Notes under the pieces: model-generated
What the model saw: the letters and a program-made list of their open reading frames with translations, nothing else
Database searches by the model: none
What the model was told of the DNA's origin: nothing
Shown: piece after piece, positions 18,501 to 27,628 of the stretch
Layout: each line of letters begins with the position of its first letter
Position numbering within the stretch: the stretch's first letter is position 1
From: a virus
Taxonomy: Duplodnaviria; Caudoviricetes
IMG/VR virus record: IMGVR_UViG_3300037439_000069
Span: 1 to 46,104 of that record
Strand: one strand, 5' to 3'
Length of the DNA: 46,104 nt
Translations under genes and position numbers: made by a program

Positions 18501-18904
18501 GACAGCTCGAGAAACTGTTTTGCACGTTCCTGCAACGGACGTCCAGTCAAACCTAAACGCCGATGCAAACCAGCCACGGCGGCCGACGCATCGTCAAAGC
18601 TTGCCGGGACATCTTTGACAACAGCGCGAAAGTCCTTCTTTAAACCTTCAAGTTTCTTACCTGTTACCCCAGTTTCCGTTTGGATCTTATCGTACGCATT
18701 GTCAAATTCCTTCCCGACCTTGTACAGACCCACACCAACCGCAACACCAACAGCCGCCATCGCAGCGACCATAGCACCCTTATTAGCCGCTGCGGTTGCC
18801 TTCATTTCTGCAAGCGACTTATGTCGAAACGCGGCCATCTGCGCGTACGCTCTGCGCGGATCCGTTTCGATATTCAGTACTGCGGTGCCGAGACTTTCAC
18901 CCAT
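15590..18904 (-). CDS. Tape measure protein with C-terminal cell-wall hydrolase domains
   Basis: 1104 aa, helical and Ala/Lys-rich, with Trp-spaced repeats. C-terminal IVESGLRNL..DSVG..Q (transglycosylase-like) and TSGYR..H..A.D..HYDHVH (peptidase-like) segments. Confidence 0.93.
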   Translation of the reverse strand: MGESLGTAVLNIETDPRRAYAQMAAFRHKSLAEMKATAAANKGAMVAAMAAVGVAVGVGLYKVGKEFDNAYDKIQTETGVTGKKLEGLKKDFRAVVKDVPASFDDASAAVAGLHRRLGLTGRPLQERAKQFLELSRITGEDLGESIKVVTRLYGDWGIKMNQQGPVLDKLFRLSQKTGIGVTELSGHMVRFGSPLRQLGLNFDTAAAMFAKFEKEGVNIQTLMPGLKMALKNLSVPTDDLKKKLKELGVAGKDPDVALRAIMKAIKDAPTTMKANALAFQVFGARAGPDMAAAIREGRFELNDLIKQMNGGRETIIGTGEDTMDFSEKLQILKNRGMLALERPSMMVFDGLTKLANVLIWVTDNLGKIPGPVKTFIMVLIGTGGLLFALSKVKAMFIALKLLMMANPYLSVIAATIAVGILIVNNWDKIKTFLSNVLERIKNGVSNAWNAIRNVTRAIWSAISKTIITNVSGIRNFTQDAWQRIKELVTKPARAIRDVVSDIVGAIRSRITNVWTGIRENTSNAWQRIKELVTNPVRTIREIVSNVVGAIRERIANVWTGIRENTNNAWQRIKELIINPIRSAAEWVISRIRTLRDQVSNGFSSIVDTAKNFAGNVKDVIVNAFRGAVNKVINFVNKIIGVINKIPGVDIGKIKPLGAKASSAGADEFARGGAFGRTGGFVRAPIALMGEEAPRHPEFVIPTNPSYRGRARELLALAANKIGFAEGGVVSAFNRAANRSGAGRIAKLALFMAGIVESGLRNLNYGHADSVGALQVRRSTAGPMGIDPMNPGQVAMAFLQRGFWGRGGAIDLATQYSGFSPGWIAQQVQGSAYPDRYDQVASQAAQYVGGGPEGGGIGDIVGALGGVLGKLFSQGASFLLDKLPNPADLLPNWLKGMGSWAVSKIGDWIKDKIKSLFGGSGDDGGKLGGMTPSWDVIGALANKSGLSMTSGYRAGDDGYHGVNRAKDYSNSSKPTRQMLTFANSVATLMGSKMLELIHSPLGWAIKNGKRTAPYAVADHYDHVHTAFGEGGLFGGLPFGGNFAGGGVVGGPRGAPAWAVVHGGEHVSDDDRGGPLVAIGEMNVRETFDEDAWAAKIAWRIRTGAT
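17180..17490. repeat. 132-bp (44-aa) tandem repeats within the tape measure gene
   Basis: AAGTTCTTTAATNCGTTGCCA recurs at 17180, 17312 and 17444 (protein AWQRIKEL). Confidence 0.85.
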
Positions 18905-19588
18905 GCTCTACTCTAATTCCTAGCGCTGCTATGTCGCGCTCGGTAGTCGGACGCTTCGGTTGACCTGCTCGTATAACCTTCAGTAGATTGTTAACCCATT
19001 GATTGCGATCTTCTTTCTTCATATGCCCTGTGCCAGCTGCCGTGGCTTGAAACAAAGCCATCACACGTTCAGCTTCTAATTTTTCTCGATGCCGTTCGTA
19101 CGCTAACAGTACTGCTGGTCTTACATCAAACCAAGCTTCTGGATCGCCACCATAACTAAATTGTAAACGGGCTACTAACTCTCCGAGAGGGTCGCCAACG
19201 CCTGTGCCATCTCCTCGCCCCCGGTTTCTTCGGCTAGCCTCTTGATCGTGTTCCCGAAGGCGTTTATAAAACCCAGAACCACAGCTTCTTTCTGGAAATC
19301 TGGAAGTCCTTCGATGACATCATTGTCAACTTCAGGCAACACAATTCGCGCGGCTTTATCAACAGCCTGCTTCATTTCCTGTACTTCATTTACCTTCAAA
19401 ACATTCTTCTCAGTCAGCTTCTCCATACGACGATGCAACGCCCACAGTTCAGCGCGCTGATTGATTGTCATTTCAACAGGACTCGCCATGTCATAAAGCG
19501 GTCCGTTTTCCTCAAAACGAACCTGTTGCCGCTTAGGCGCCAAGTCCGACAAATCGAGAATCTTACTGTTATCAATTTCTTCAGTCAT
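18897..19588 (-). CDS. Tail assembly chaperone, long (G-T) form made by -1 frameshift
   Basis: The -1 frame is open from the slippery G GGT TTT site (19274-19268) to a TGA at 18899-18897 that overlaps the start of the tape measure gene. It reads ...ELVARLQFSYGGDPEAWFDVRP...ALGIRVEHG. Confidence 0.8.
19175..19588 (-). CDS. Tail assembly chaperone (G form)
   Basis: Lies between the major tail and tape measure genes and contains the slippery heptamer. Confidence 0.8.
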   Translation of the reverse strand: MTEEIDNSKILDLSDLAPKRQQVRFEENGPLYDMASPVEMTINQRAELWALHRRMEKLTEKNVLKVNEVQEMKQAVDKAARIVLPEVDNDVIEGLPDFQKEAVVLGFINAFGNTIKRLAEETGGEEMAQALATLSES

Positions 19589-19790
19589 TATCCTGTGACC
19601 TTTCCGGGTCTATGGGAGTTGTCACTAACGTGATGCCAAGTTCCTTGCATACTGCTTCGATCTCAGCAAGGGCCTGCATGTTGCCTTTTGCAGCGCGACG
19701 ATGCGCATTTGCGGAGCGCTTATGCGCCCGCGCCCCTTCGCGGAGCTGCACCTGTGCCCTTTTAAGTGCGTCAGCTGTGGTGTCCGCCAT
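19581..19790 (-). CDS. Hypothetical protein
   Basis: Tightly packed ORF with AAGGA RBS in the tail operon. Confidence 0.6.
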   Translation of the reverse strand: MADTTADALKRAQVQLREGARAHKRSANAHRRAAKGNMQALAEIEAVCKELGITLVTTPIDPERSQDND

Positions 19791-19800
19791 TGCTTATTCC

Positions 19801-20397
19801 TTACGTCGCGACGGCCGTTTGCGTGCGGAGCACTCCGAAGCTGTCGCCATCACCAGCCGCGTCCATCGCGCGAAACTGTAGCTCTAGCATAGCTGGTGTG
19901 CCCTTCGTGTAAACGGGAGCCTGATTTGCGTCCTCGATGACTACCGGTGCTTCATACTGAGCGTTGAGAGCATTATCTACCGGACTCATGCCACGCGCGA
20001 GCAATGCGAACTGCGCGACATCAACACCACGGTACAAGGAGAAGCTCTTTTCACCTGCTACACCAACACCTGCGGCTACTGTCGTGATCGTGGCGTCGTT
20101 GATCATTGCCGCATACATCTCCGGTGACAGATCCACCAGAGAAAGTGCGAATAGCAGATCTTCCTCAGTACGCCATGCCTTTCGTGGAACAGTAGAATCC
20201 GCACCACGGAAGTACTCCAACGACTGTTCGTGCGAAGCAGTAACGCCTGCCTCATCGTAGTTCTTTGCACCTGACTTACCCAGCTTCAACCAGTCAGCAT
20301 CGAACGCAGCTTCCAGATCATCAATCGCTGGAAAAGCAGTAGTTACTGGTGCAATGTAAATCGTGTACGGCGCTGCTATGATCTCATGTGGTTCCAA
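19801..20397 (-). CDS. Major tail (tube) protein
   Basis: TTG start with GGAGGA RBS. IYIAP..TAFP...WLKLG..G...GVT pattern. Follows the tail terminator. Confidence 0.8.
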   Translation of the reverse strand: MEPHEIIAAPYTIYIAPVTTAFPAIDDLEAAFDADWLKLGKSGAKNYDEAGVTASHEQSLEYFRGADSTVPRKAWRTEEDLLFALSLVDLSPEMYAAMINDATITTVAAGVGVAGEKSFSLYRGVDVAQFALLARGMSPVDNALNAQYEAPVVIEDANQAPVYTKGTPAMLELQFRAMDAAGDGDSFGVLRTQTAVAT

Positions 20398-20409
20398 AGA
20401 TCAGTCCTC

Positions 20410-20655
20410 CTATTCGTGTGCTTCCCCGAAACGGGCGGATGGATCTATTTGGGATTCCCCAGTTTGATCTAGCGTTACCGGTTCCTGAACTTCAACCGGG
20501 TCCTCACCTTCAACAAGACTGACATTGACATATGGTGCCGTCAACAGTTCTGCAGCTTGTTCTGGTGTCACATTCAATGTCTCCCCACCGCAGCACTGAT
20601 TGTCACCGACTCTCAGTATATGCTTTGAGTTAGCATCGTAACGAATTACAGTCAT
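20410..20655 (-). CDS. Hypothetical virion-module protein
   Basis: AAGGAGG RBS. Lies between the terminator and tail tube genes. Confidence 0.6.
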   Translation of the reverse strand: MTVIRYDANSKHILRVGDNQCCGGETLNVTPEQAAELLTAPYVNVSLVEGEDPVEVQEPVTLDQTGESQIDPSARFGEAHE

Positions 20656-20668
20656 ACTTTATCCTCCT

Positions 20669-21091
20669 TTACACAACGGCGACTTCAGATCTAAAAACTT
20701 GCCAACTTGATAATACGAATGGCCAGTGTGTGTCGGGATCGCGTAAGCTTATGGGACCTCCTGATGGCTTCGCCCAATGCAAGAGTGTTTCAGCATGAAC
20801 TTCACGAAGAAGATCCTTCAGTGCGGGATGAACGGCCCGCCATACATCGTTTGCCAGCTTTGGGGTCGTCCCATACGCTCGCACATCTACACGCACGTCG
20901 CCGTATCGCTGGACGCCGTCACCAATTGCTGTCAAGCCACCTGCAGGCAGCAAAACCACGGCAGAACGCGGCATGAATGAAGTCTCGCTTTCTGGCAACT
21001 CGGCGCCGAACACTCGTGAAGCGGCCACGCTCGCTACGTCAGCGTCTAACTTGAGGAATGCCACCAGAGCTTCTATATGATCGGGAATCAT
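20669..21091 (-). CDS. Tail terminator (DUF3168/gp17-like)
   Basis: LVAFL..D..V...RVF..LP...VDVRAYG pattern and gene position. Confidence 0.7.
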   Translation of the reverse strand: MIPDHIEALVAFLKLDADVASVAASRVFGAELPESETSFMPRSAVVLLPAGGLTAIGDGVQRYGDVRVDVRAYGTTPKLANDVWRAVHPALKDLLREVHAETLLHWAKPSGGPISLRDPDTHWPFVLSSWQVFRSEVAVV

Positions 21092-21423
21092 ACATCCCCC
21101 ATAGCATCTTTGATACGATCCGCCAATTTTGGAACTTCAGCATCGAACGCTGGTCGCAGTGATGGACGCGCGGGCATACGCGAAGTTCCAATTTCAAGCC
21201 ACAAGAAATAATCGACACCGTAAGATCCGAATTCCCCACGAACGCGCTTATCCCCATCAACTGTAGCGGGTCGCATTTGAATTGACCCTTCTGCTGTACC
21301 CGTAACGTTCTGCCAGGGATGATGAACTTTTGCATGTTCAACACATGCTGCTGTTGTTCGATCTACTCCAAGCTTTGCGGCCTTTACCAACTTATCAAGA
21401 ACTTCATCACCACGCCAACTCAT
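21088..21423 (-). CDS. HK97 gp10-like neck/tail completion protein
   Basis: TG...SI...Y..WLEIGTSRMPARPSLRPA motif. Confidence 0.85.
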   Translation of the reverse strand: MSWRGDEVLDKLVKAAKLGVDRTTAACVEHAKVHHPWQNVTGTAEGSIQMRPATVDGDKRVRGEFGSYGVDYFLWLEIGTSRMPARPSLRPAFDAEVPKLADRIKDAMGDV

Positions 21424-21860
21424 GATACACCTTCAATGATAAGTTCTAGGAACGACGCACGTTCATACGGAGGATGCGTAACAAGGAATGGCCCTTCAAA
21501 CACGACAGTGTCATCTGCCTTACGAATATTACCTAGTTTATCCTTTGGTTTAATATCAGTTCCCGTTGGGAACAAAACATGAATGGGTTCAATTGAAATC
21601 CCGCCAGCAGGCTCACCAGGCACTTCACGACCACGTTCATCCTTTGTGTACCCAAGGCACGATTGATCCACAATGTGCGGGACCCACGTTTCCGGGCCAG
21701 GATTCCCCCATGAATCATTGCCAGAGCTTCCAGCATCACGTTCAATCGTCACTAAATGATCAAATGACGTTGTCACAACGTGAGCGCCAACGGCTCGCGT
21801 ATCTTCACCTGGAAATGGATCGGATCCTGGTAAACCTGACTTTACAACGGCGCGGGGCAT
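21420..21860 (-). CDS. Head closure (stopper) protein
   Basis: VTIER...DSWGNP...DIKPKD pattern. Follows the adaptor gene. Start may be downstream. Confidence 0.65.
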   Translation of the reverse strand: MPRAVVKSGLPGSDPFPGEDTRAVGAHVVTTSFDHLVTIERDAGSSGNDSWGNPGPETWVPHIVDQSCLGYTKDERGREVPGEPAGGISIEPIHVLFPTGTDIKPKDKLGNIRKADDTVVFEGPFLVTHPPYERASFLELIIEGVS

Positions 21861-22205
21861 TTAGTAACCTCTCAATTCACGTATCGAAAAGTGATCAACG
21901 CCCATCGCTGCAATTTCAAATTCAACATCGTCATCCTCTAGTACTTCTAAACGATCCGCAAGATCCATAAGCGATTTTGCAACCGCTGGGCCATCAGTTG
22001 ACAAATCGAGAAACTTGATTCGCTTCGATACTTGTGCTTCGTTACCAGCGATTGTACGCAAAGCAAGGGCCGATGCCATACGAACGCTAGGAGCGATATC
22101 AAGAAACGTTTCAACTTCCTCATCTGAAAAAAGAAATGAGCTCCCGTCTGACCCTCCCACATCTGATATGAGCAAGCGAACACGATCTTTATCAGTACTA
22201 ATCAT
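21861..22205 (-). CDS. Head-tail adaptor/connector protein
   Basis: DRVRLLISD...FSDEEV..FL motif typical of actinophage adaptors. Confidence 0.75.
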   Translation of the reverse strand: MISTDKDRVRLLISDVGGSDGSSFLFSDEEVETFLDIAPSVRMASALALRTIAGNEAQVSKRIKFLDLSTDGPAVAKSLMDLADRLEVLEDDDVEFEIAAMGVDHFSIRELRGY

Positions 22206-24237
22206 CGTAATCAGCAGTCCTTATCGAAGTACCGACGGCTTCCTCATACGTGGCAGCGCTCCCTGCATTATACACGGCATTGTCATCCACAGCATCATAG
22301 GATGCGCCTTGAATGAATCCTGTAAATGGCAAAATAACCGTTGTACACTGAACGGGAACGATAACATAAATTGACTTCCCACTAAACGACCGGGCTACAC
22401 CAATTTCATTAACAACCGTGACTGCCAATGCTCGTTTGTACGTTACACCCTGCACAGTCGCCGTTGACATTACAGATTGAATGTCAAAATCACTTGGTTT
22501 CTGAAAACTTAAAGGTACGACAACATCATCGGATACTGCGGGTTGAATCACCACGTCACTTGTTTGAGCGAATATCAACGCAACAGCAGTATCCGCGTTA
22601 AAAACGGGCACAAGCGTAACGTCACCAGCTTGTGCATACGTCAATGGCATCGCAAAACTAGTCGCTGCAATAGGTACGAGTGTAGCGCTGTTTGCCTTCG
22701 CGAACGTAACACCTTGCGCGTTTGTTACTTCACTTGCAGAAGTAATCTCAAATGTGCCTGCTTGTGAATACGAAAAAGTTTGAGTAACGCTAGTTTCTAA
22801 AACTAAATCAAGTGTAACCTGTATGACCTTTGTGACGCTGAAATTTTGACTGTTATCACTTTCAACAACAGTTCCCAAATCCTTGCGATGCTCCACGTTC
22901 AAAGCTTGCACATCGCTGTTCTCAACAGCAGAACTAAGCGCCACACCAAGACCATATTGAAGCATAATAACGTCGTCAGTTCTTTGTACGACACCCAAAG
23001 TTTGACGAATCGTTTTTGTTACAACGAAACTTTGTACGACTCCATTCTCCACTGCAACGTCAAACATTACCACTTGATGCAATATTAGAACTTGTTCTGC
23101 ATCTGTTTCCGCAACAACAGAAAGGTCAATGACCTTTGACAAGTTCAAACTCTGCTCGTTACCAAATTCCAGGATCACATGAGCATTACCATGTTTATCC
23201 TTGTTAAACTCCTGAACGGTAGCCGTTGATGCAACTAAATCAATGGTGTACGTTTTAGCAACTACCAAATCCTGAGATGCGGATGTACTTATAACAGGAT
23301 CAACAGAAACTTCCCGATGAACCCCAACCCCCTGCGCAGCGTTCGCGCTCGTCGCCGGAATAAGATCTTTGCGATGAACGACAATTATGTCAAACGTAAG
23401 CGCTTGTGCGGTGCTTGATGCAAGTTTAGGATTAACGCTAACATGCTTGGTTGCATCAAAGGATTGTGCTGTTGTTAGGGCTGAGTCGACACCAAGATTA
23501 ACATGTTTTTCAAAGGTCGGTTGCAGAACCGCTGTACTTGACGTGATAATCCCAAGTGTCTTACTATTAGAATCGGGTTCAGGAATCAGTGCTGCAATGA
23601 CTGTGACTGTGAATTCACTACTGCCAATTACCCATGTAAAGTTTCCTGTAGCACCTTGCGTTGCTTGTGCAACGTACGACAGGGATACAAGTGAATCAGC
23701 ATTCGGCCCGCCGCCTGAGGAAATACCTTCTACCAGTGTAACCATTCCAGGAACGTTTGCTACAGATTCTGACGTTACAGTAATGTCGTCGTCTTCACAT
23801 ACTGCAAGCAGAAGAGCACATCCATCGACTGTTGTGGTGAAACCTGTACGTGTTGACGTTGATGAGTTGTGCCCAGCCGCGTTAAATTGATTGAATGGGC
23901 TTCCGGTAGCAACGCATCCTCTAAACACGCTACAAGCCAATGAACCGGAACCAATGGTAGTCGCGATCACAGTTTGACCCGCGTGATCCCCGGTCGCGCG
24001 AACCCACCACATGGATCCATTCATGGTGGTTCCGTTTCCGGCAGCGCTCCCTGCCTTTATCCATGTTAAACCCCCTGTACTAACAGACGTGCCTGTTAAG
24101 GATGCCGGGTCCGAATTGGACCCACCATTCATTACAACGACAATTATAATGTCCCCAGCTACTGTAGCAGGCAAAGTAGCAATTGGGGCAACGTCTGCAT
24201 CTCCTGCATGACTAAATGAAGAGATAACCTCAATCAT
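22198..24237 (-). CDS. Large Thr/Ala/Val-rich putative virion fibre or decoration protein
   Basis: N-terminal beta domain (AGDIIIVVV...) followed by a degenerate ~20-aa repeat stalk. Lies between the capsid and adaptor genes. Confidence 0.6.
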   Translation of the reverse strand: MIEVISSFSHAGDADVAPIATLPATVAGDIIIVVVMNGGSNSDPASLTGTSVSTGGLTWIKAGSAAGNGTTMNGSMWWVRATGDHAGQTVIATTIGSGSLACSVFRGCVATGSPFNQFNAAGHNSSTSTRTGFTTTVDGCALLLAVCEDDDITVTSESVANVPGMVTLVEGISSGGGPNADSLVSLSYVAQATQGATGNFTWVIGSSEFTVTVIAALIPEPDSNSKTLGIITSSTAVLQPTFEKHVNLGVDSALTTAQSFDATKHVSVNPKLASSTAQALTFDIIVVHRKDLIPATSANAAQGVGVHREVSVDPVISTSASQDLVVAKTYTIDLVASTATVQEFNKDKHGNAHVILEFGNEQSLNLSKVIDLSVVAETDAEQVLILHQVVMFDVAVENGVVQSFVVTKTIRQTLGVVQRTDDVIMLQYGLGVALSSAVENSDVQALNVEHRKDLGTVVESDNSQNFSVTKVIQVTLDLVLETSVTQTFSYSQAGTFEITSASEVTNAQGVTFAKANSATLVPIAATSFAMPLTYAQAGDVTLVPVFNADTAVALIFAQTSDVVIQPAVSDDVVVPLSFQKPSDFDIQSVMSTATVQGVTYKRALAVTVVNEIGVARSFSGKSIYVIVPVQCTTVILPFTGFIQGASYDAVDDNAVYNAGSAATYEEAVGTSIRTADYDD

Positions 24238-24245
24238 TTAGATCC

Positions 24246-24710
24246 TTATGAAGCTCTAAGAAAATCACCTGCGTTTAGAACAACGTCATTACCATCCGTG
24301 GTCACTACAAAATCATGATGTGAAATTGGAATGATTGCTGAATCGGTACCGCCTGTCGTGTCCGGATCATAACATATAAGTAGACCCGTTGTATTGTTTG
24401 CTGCTGCTGGTGCTGTAAAAGTCACTTCTGGAACACCAATATCACCACGATTGTCGGTATCGTTCGGGCTGTACGCTGCAAGTTCCGCATCAGTTAAGAC
24501 CTTACGAACCCACCCACCTGTGGTACGTTCAGCAAAGTTTGCATCTGCTTCCACCGCTGCGAGCGTGTCGAGATCCTGTCCTTGTGCCTCTGATCCTGAC
24601 GCTGATAGTGGCACTAGAATCAGCGCAGAGTTAGCAGGATCGTTGCTTTTCACCCGATTGTAAAACTCGACAGCCCGTCCTTTGGCAATGTTAAACAAAA
24701 AGTCACTCAT
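24246..24710 (-). CDS. Putative virion structural protein
   Basis: RBS AAGGA. YDPDTTGGTDS.IIP...HDF.VT.DG pattern. Lies downstream of the capsid gene. Confidence 0.6.
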   Translation of the reverse strand: MSDFLFNIAKGRAVEFYNRVKSNDPANSALILVPLSASGSEAQGQDLDTLAAVEADANFAERTTGGWVRKVLTDAELAAYSPNDTDNRGDIGVPEVTFTAPAAANNTTGLLICYDPDTTGGTDSAIIPISHHDFVVTTDGNDVVLNAGDFLRAS

Positions 24711-24784
24711 ATCATTTTCCTTAAGATCAGATCAGTAGGTATCGACCACACGATTACTATTCGCCACGTCAATTTAACCTAATG

Positions 24785-25957
24785 TTAGGATCCATCGCCC
24801 TGTGAAGCGACAGTAGCCTTTGCACCACCCGTTTCCAGGAGACGAGCACCACCGAAGACGTGACGCACGCGCCACGCGCGCGAATCATCCTCGAAGGACT
24901 CCACGGCATCTCCACCACCAACGCGACGAGCATTCGGGAGACGCTCATACAGAGCAGGTTCCTCGTGACCACGAAGGAAGCCCATCTCAAGAGACGGACG
25001 ACCACCCGAATTCGGGTTGGACATAATGAACCATGAAGTGTTGCCATTTGCAGTACTAGCAATGACCGGGATGTACGGATTCACAACCAGCTTCAACCGG
25101 TTCTTCATCCAGTTAGCAGCGTGAACCACCTGTCCGGATGTACCACCAGCCTCCGTAACCTCAATCTCTAGCGCGTTCAGGATGTTCATTGCCGTAACTT
25201 CGAGGGCCGGAGGAACAACCAGAGTCGTACCATCGATGATGATAGGTTCTCCGTCCTCGTCCTTCTGCGCGGCAAGCACATTGAACGCAATCTGCAAAGC
25301 AGGAACACTCAGAACCGGGTTACCGGTCACGATGTTCGAGAATCCCGCATCATACAGCGATGCATGAGGACCATTAACATCCACGTACAGTTCAGTGGCA
25401 AAACGTTCCTCTGAACGACGTGCAGCACGGGCCAAACGCTCAGGCGCTGACCGGAACGCATCCAGATCATCGTTGATAAGCGTTTCCCAGCTGAGATCAA
25501 GACGACGACCGTACTTACGCACGGAATACTCATCCTGAGTCTCAGACAGCGGTTCCTCTGGGTACTCCTCAAGCTCATCGACCTCGGGAAGTACACTCTC
25601 TGCCCCATCAACCGCAGTACGCTTCACCTTGCGGAAATCAGGCACAACAGACCGACGAGCAACTTCCTTCCACGTCGCCGGAGTTTCCTTGTAGTTGGCA
25701 AGCAGCTGACGGTCGAGGATGTCCGCGAATAGAATCGGGAAATCACTCGTGCTCATAGCCTCCTTGAGATGGTAAAGTGGACGGCGTCCACTCTCTACAT
25801 CAGCAAGGAACACCGCGGCTTCAACCAGCTGCCCCTGATACTTAGGATCTCGGCGATTCGGGTCCGTGCGAACACGGGTTCCTTCACCCGAGAACAAAGA
25901 ACGAGCGTCTGCCGATTCAGCAGCCACCTGTTCTACCGTTTCTTTAAATGTTCTCAT
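24785..25957 (-). CDS. Major capsid protein (Mu gpT-like, HK97 fold)
   Basis: STSDFP.L...DF...KYGRR..LSWE.LINDDL.AF...LVVPPALE...GFLRG.EEP motifs. Confidence 0.9.
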   Translation of the reverse strand: MRTFKETVEQVAAESADARSLFSGEGTRVRTDPNRRDPKYQGQLVEAAVFLADVESGRRPLYHLKEAMSTSDFPILFADILDRQLLANYKETPATWKEVARRSVVPDFRKVKRTAVDGAESVLPEVDELEEYPEEPLSETQDEYSVRKYGRRLDLSWETLINDDLDAFRSAPERLARAARRSEERFATELYVDVNGPHASLYDAGFSNIVTGNPVLSVPALQIAFNVLAAQKDEDGEPIIIDGTTLVVPPALEVTAMNILNALEIEVTEAGGTSGQVVHAANWMKNRLKLVVNPYIPVIASTANGNTSWFIMSNPNSGGRPSLEMGFLRGHEEPALYERLPNARRVGGGDAVESFEDDSRAWRVRHVFGGARLLETGGAKATVASQGDGS

Positions 25958-25990
25958 AATTAGGCTCCTTAAACCCTAATTCGTTACCCC

Positions 25991-26356
25991 TTAGTAACCG
26001 ATTTTAACGACAATCGTTGCTGTCCCAGCCGAATCGACAGCACCTAGAGCATACCCGAATCGTACTCCGTTGGTCACATCCTTGTTGAGCTCTCCACCAT
26101 CATAGTAGATAATATCACCAGGGGAAACGGCTGAGTTTCCCGCGCCCGTAACACCCTTGACTGCGAGGCGAAAAGCACCATCGAACTGCACTGTTGCTTC
26201 TCCATCGTTAGCAACCGTATCATCTGCATCAACCAGCGCTACACCTGGAAGCTGACCAACGAGAACCGGGTCACCAGACAATGCAGTTGCACCAGGCGCG
26301 TCCGTAATTGGAACTGCAACCTGACAAGCTCTCTCATATTCGCGGTTCTTAGCCAT
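25991..26356 (-). CDS. Capsid cement/decoration protein (DUF2190-like)
   Basis: SGDPVLVG.L.GVAL.D...G.F.L.V...GD..Y...FGYAL pattern upstream of the capsid gene. Confidence 0.8.
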   Translation of the reverse strand: MAKNREYERACQVAVPITDAPGATALSGDPVLVGQLPGVALVDADDTVANDGEATVQFDGAFRLAVKGVTGAGNSAVSPGDIIYYDGGELNKDVTNGVRFGYALGAVDSAGTATIVVKIGY

Positions 26357-26361
26357 GTTGA

Positions 26362-27624
26362 TTACCGTCCTCCTGCCGCGATCTTTGCGGCGTCATCTGA
26401 CATACCGAGGTTCTTGAAAGACTCAACTAGCTTCTTCTGAGTCTCCTCAGCGCTGCCACCTCCGTTACCGCCACCGTTACCACCCAGATCCTTGACCTGA
26501 CCAGTACCGGCACTTTCAGCGAGGTAATCACGCTCTTCCTCAGCCGCCTTCTTCGCACGATCCTGAAGACGTTCAGTATCAAGCTTCCCACCTTCATCAA
26601 CAGGGAGCTTGCCCGACATTGCCGACTTCACCGCACGTTCGACCGCGCGCCCTTCCGGCAAGTCCTCAACCTTCTCGACAGCCTCACGAACGATCTTCTC
26701 CGAACCGACGCGCAACAGCGCATCCTCGGCGCGCTCACGGGCTATCTTTTCAGTTGCGAGGGCATTGGTTGCTTCAGTTACCTTGGTTTCAAGGCCCGCA
26801 ACCTTTTCCTCCAGTTCCTTGATTCGCTGTTCATTCTTCTCCACGAGTTGCTCCTTTTCTTCGACATCTTCGGTAGGAACGTACGTAACCTTTCGTGACA
26901 CCTGCGTCACTTCATTGGAAAGAACGATCCCACTAGTTTCGCCTTGCTGATAGCCTACGCGAAGATAGGTATCTGCTACGCCCTTCTTGTACACGCAAAA
27001 TATAGCCCAATTCTCGTCAACGTCGAAATCCTCGACGTACACACTGGTGTCCTCCGCACCAAATCGGGATGCTCCTGCGCTGTCCAAGTCACGACGAACG
27101 TCCGAGGACAGACGTTCCTTGACACGCACGGACTCGATCAACGCCCCCACCTTCCCACCCGCACCCGCCTGCGTGACGAAATCAACGGATCGACCCTCCG
27201 TTAAACGTGTGATAATCGGTCCTTCACGTCCTTCTGCCTCGCCCTGTTCGATTTCCCCGAACGCGCGAATCGAGACCCCGATGTCCTCAGCCAACGAATC
27301 GATAACTGGCTGCCAAACAGGGAAGATAACCGCCTCTGCTACCAACTCATCGCCGAACATTCGTGGCGTTGTATCGATGCGCGCCGCAAGGTCCTTGACA
27401 TCACGTTCGGGACGCTCAAACTCCTCACGCTCCGTCGGATGATTGAGGTACATATGAGTACCAGGACCAAAGATCGCCGGTCCATCACGTTCAAGCATCT
27501 CACGACTGTAATATCCAGAACTTCCCCATCCTGCAGTGATGATCGTCACACGCCTGCGTCCCGCACCCGCGGGGGCCTCCGCAACACGACCTGTTTCATG
27601 GAGTTTCTGCAGCTTCACCGTCAT
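26362..27624 (-). CDS. Capsid maturation protease / scaffold fusion
   Basis: IITAGWGSSGYY...MYLNHP...IGVSI...SVDFVT.AGAGG protease pattern followed by a coiled-coil, charged scaffold region. Confidence 0.85.
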   Translation of the reverse strand: MTVKLQKLHETGRVAEAPAGAGRRRVTIITAGWGSSGYYSREMLERDGPAIFGPGTHMYLNHPTEREEFERPERDVKDLAARIDTTPRMFGDELVAEAVIFPVWQPVIDSLAEDIGVSIRAFGEIEQGEAEGREGPIITRLTEGRSVDFVTQAGAGGKVGALIESVRVKERLSSDVRRDLDSAGASRFGAEDTSVYVEDFDVDENWAIFCVYKKGVADTYLRVGYQQGETSGIVLSNEVTQVSRKVTYVPTEDVEEKEQLVEKNEQRIKELEEKVAGLETKVTEATNALATEKIARERAEDALLRVGSEKIVREAVEKVEDLPEGRAVERAVKSAMSGKLPVDEGGKLDTERLQDRAKKAAEEERDYLAESAGTGQVKDLGGNGGGNGGGSAEETQKKLVESFKNLGMSDDAAKIAAGGR

Positions 27625-27628
27625 GTTA

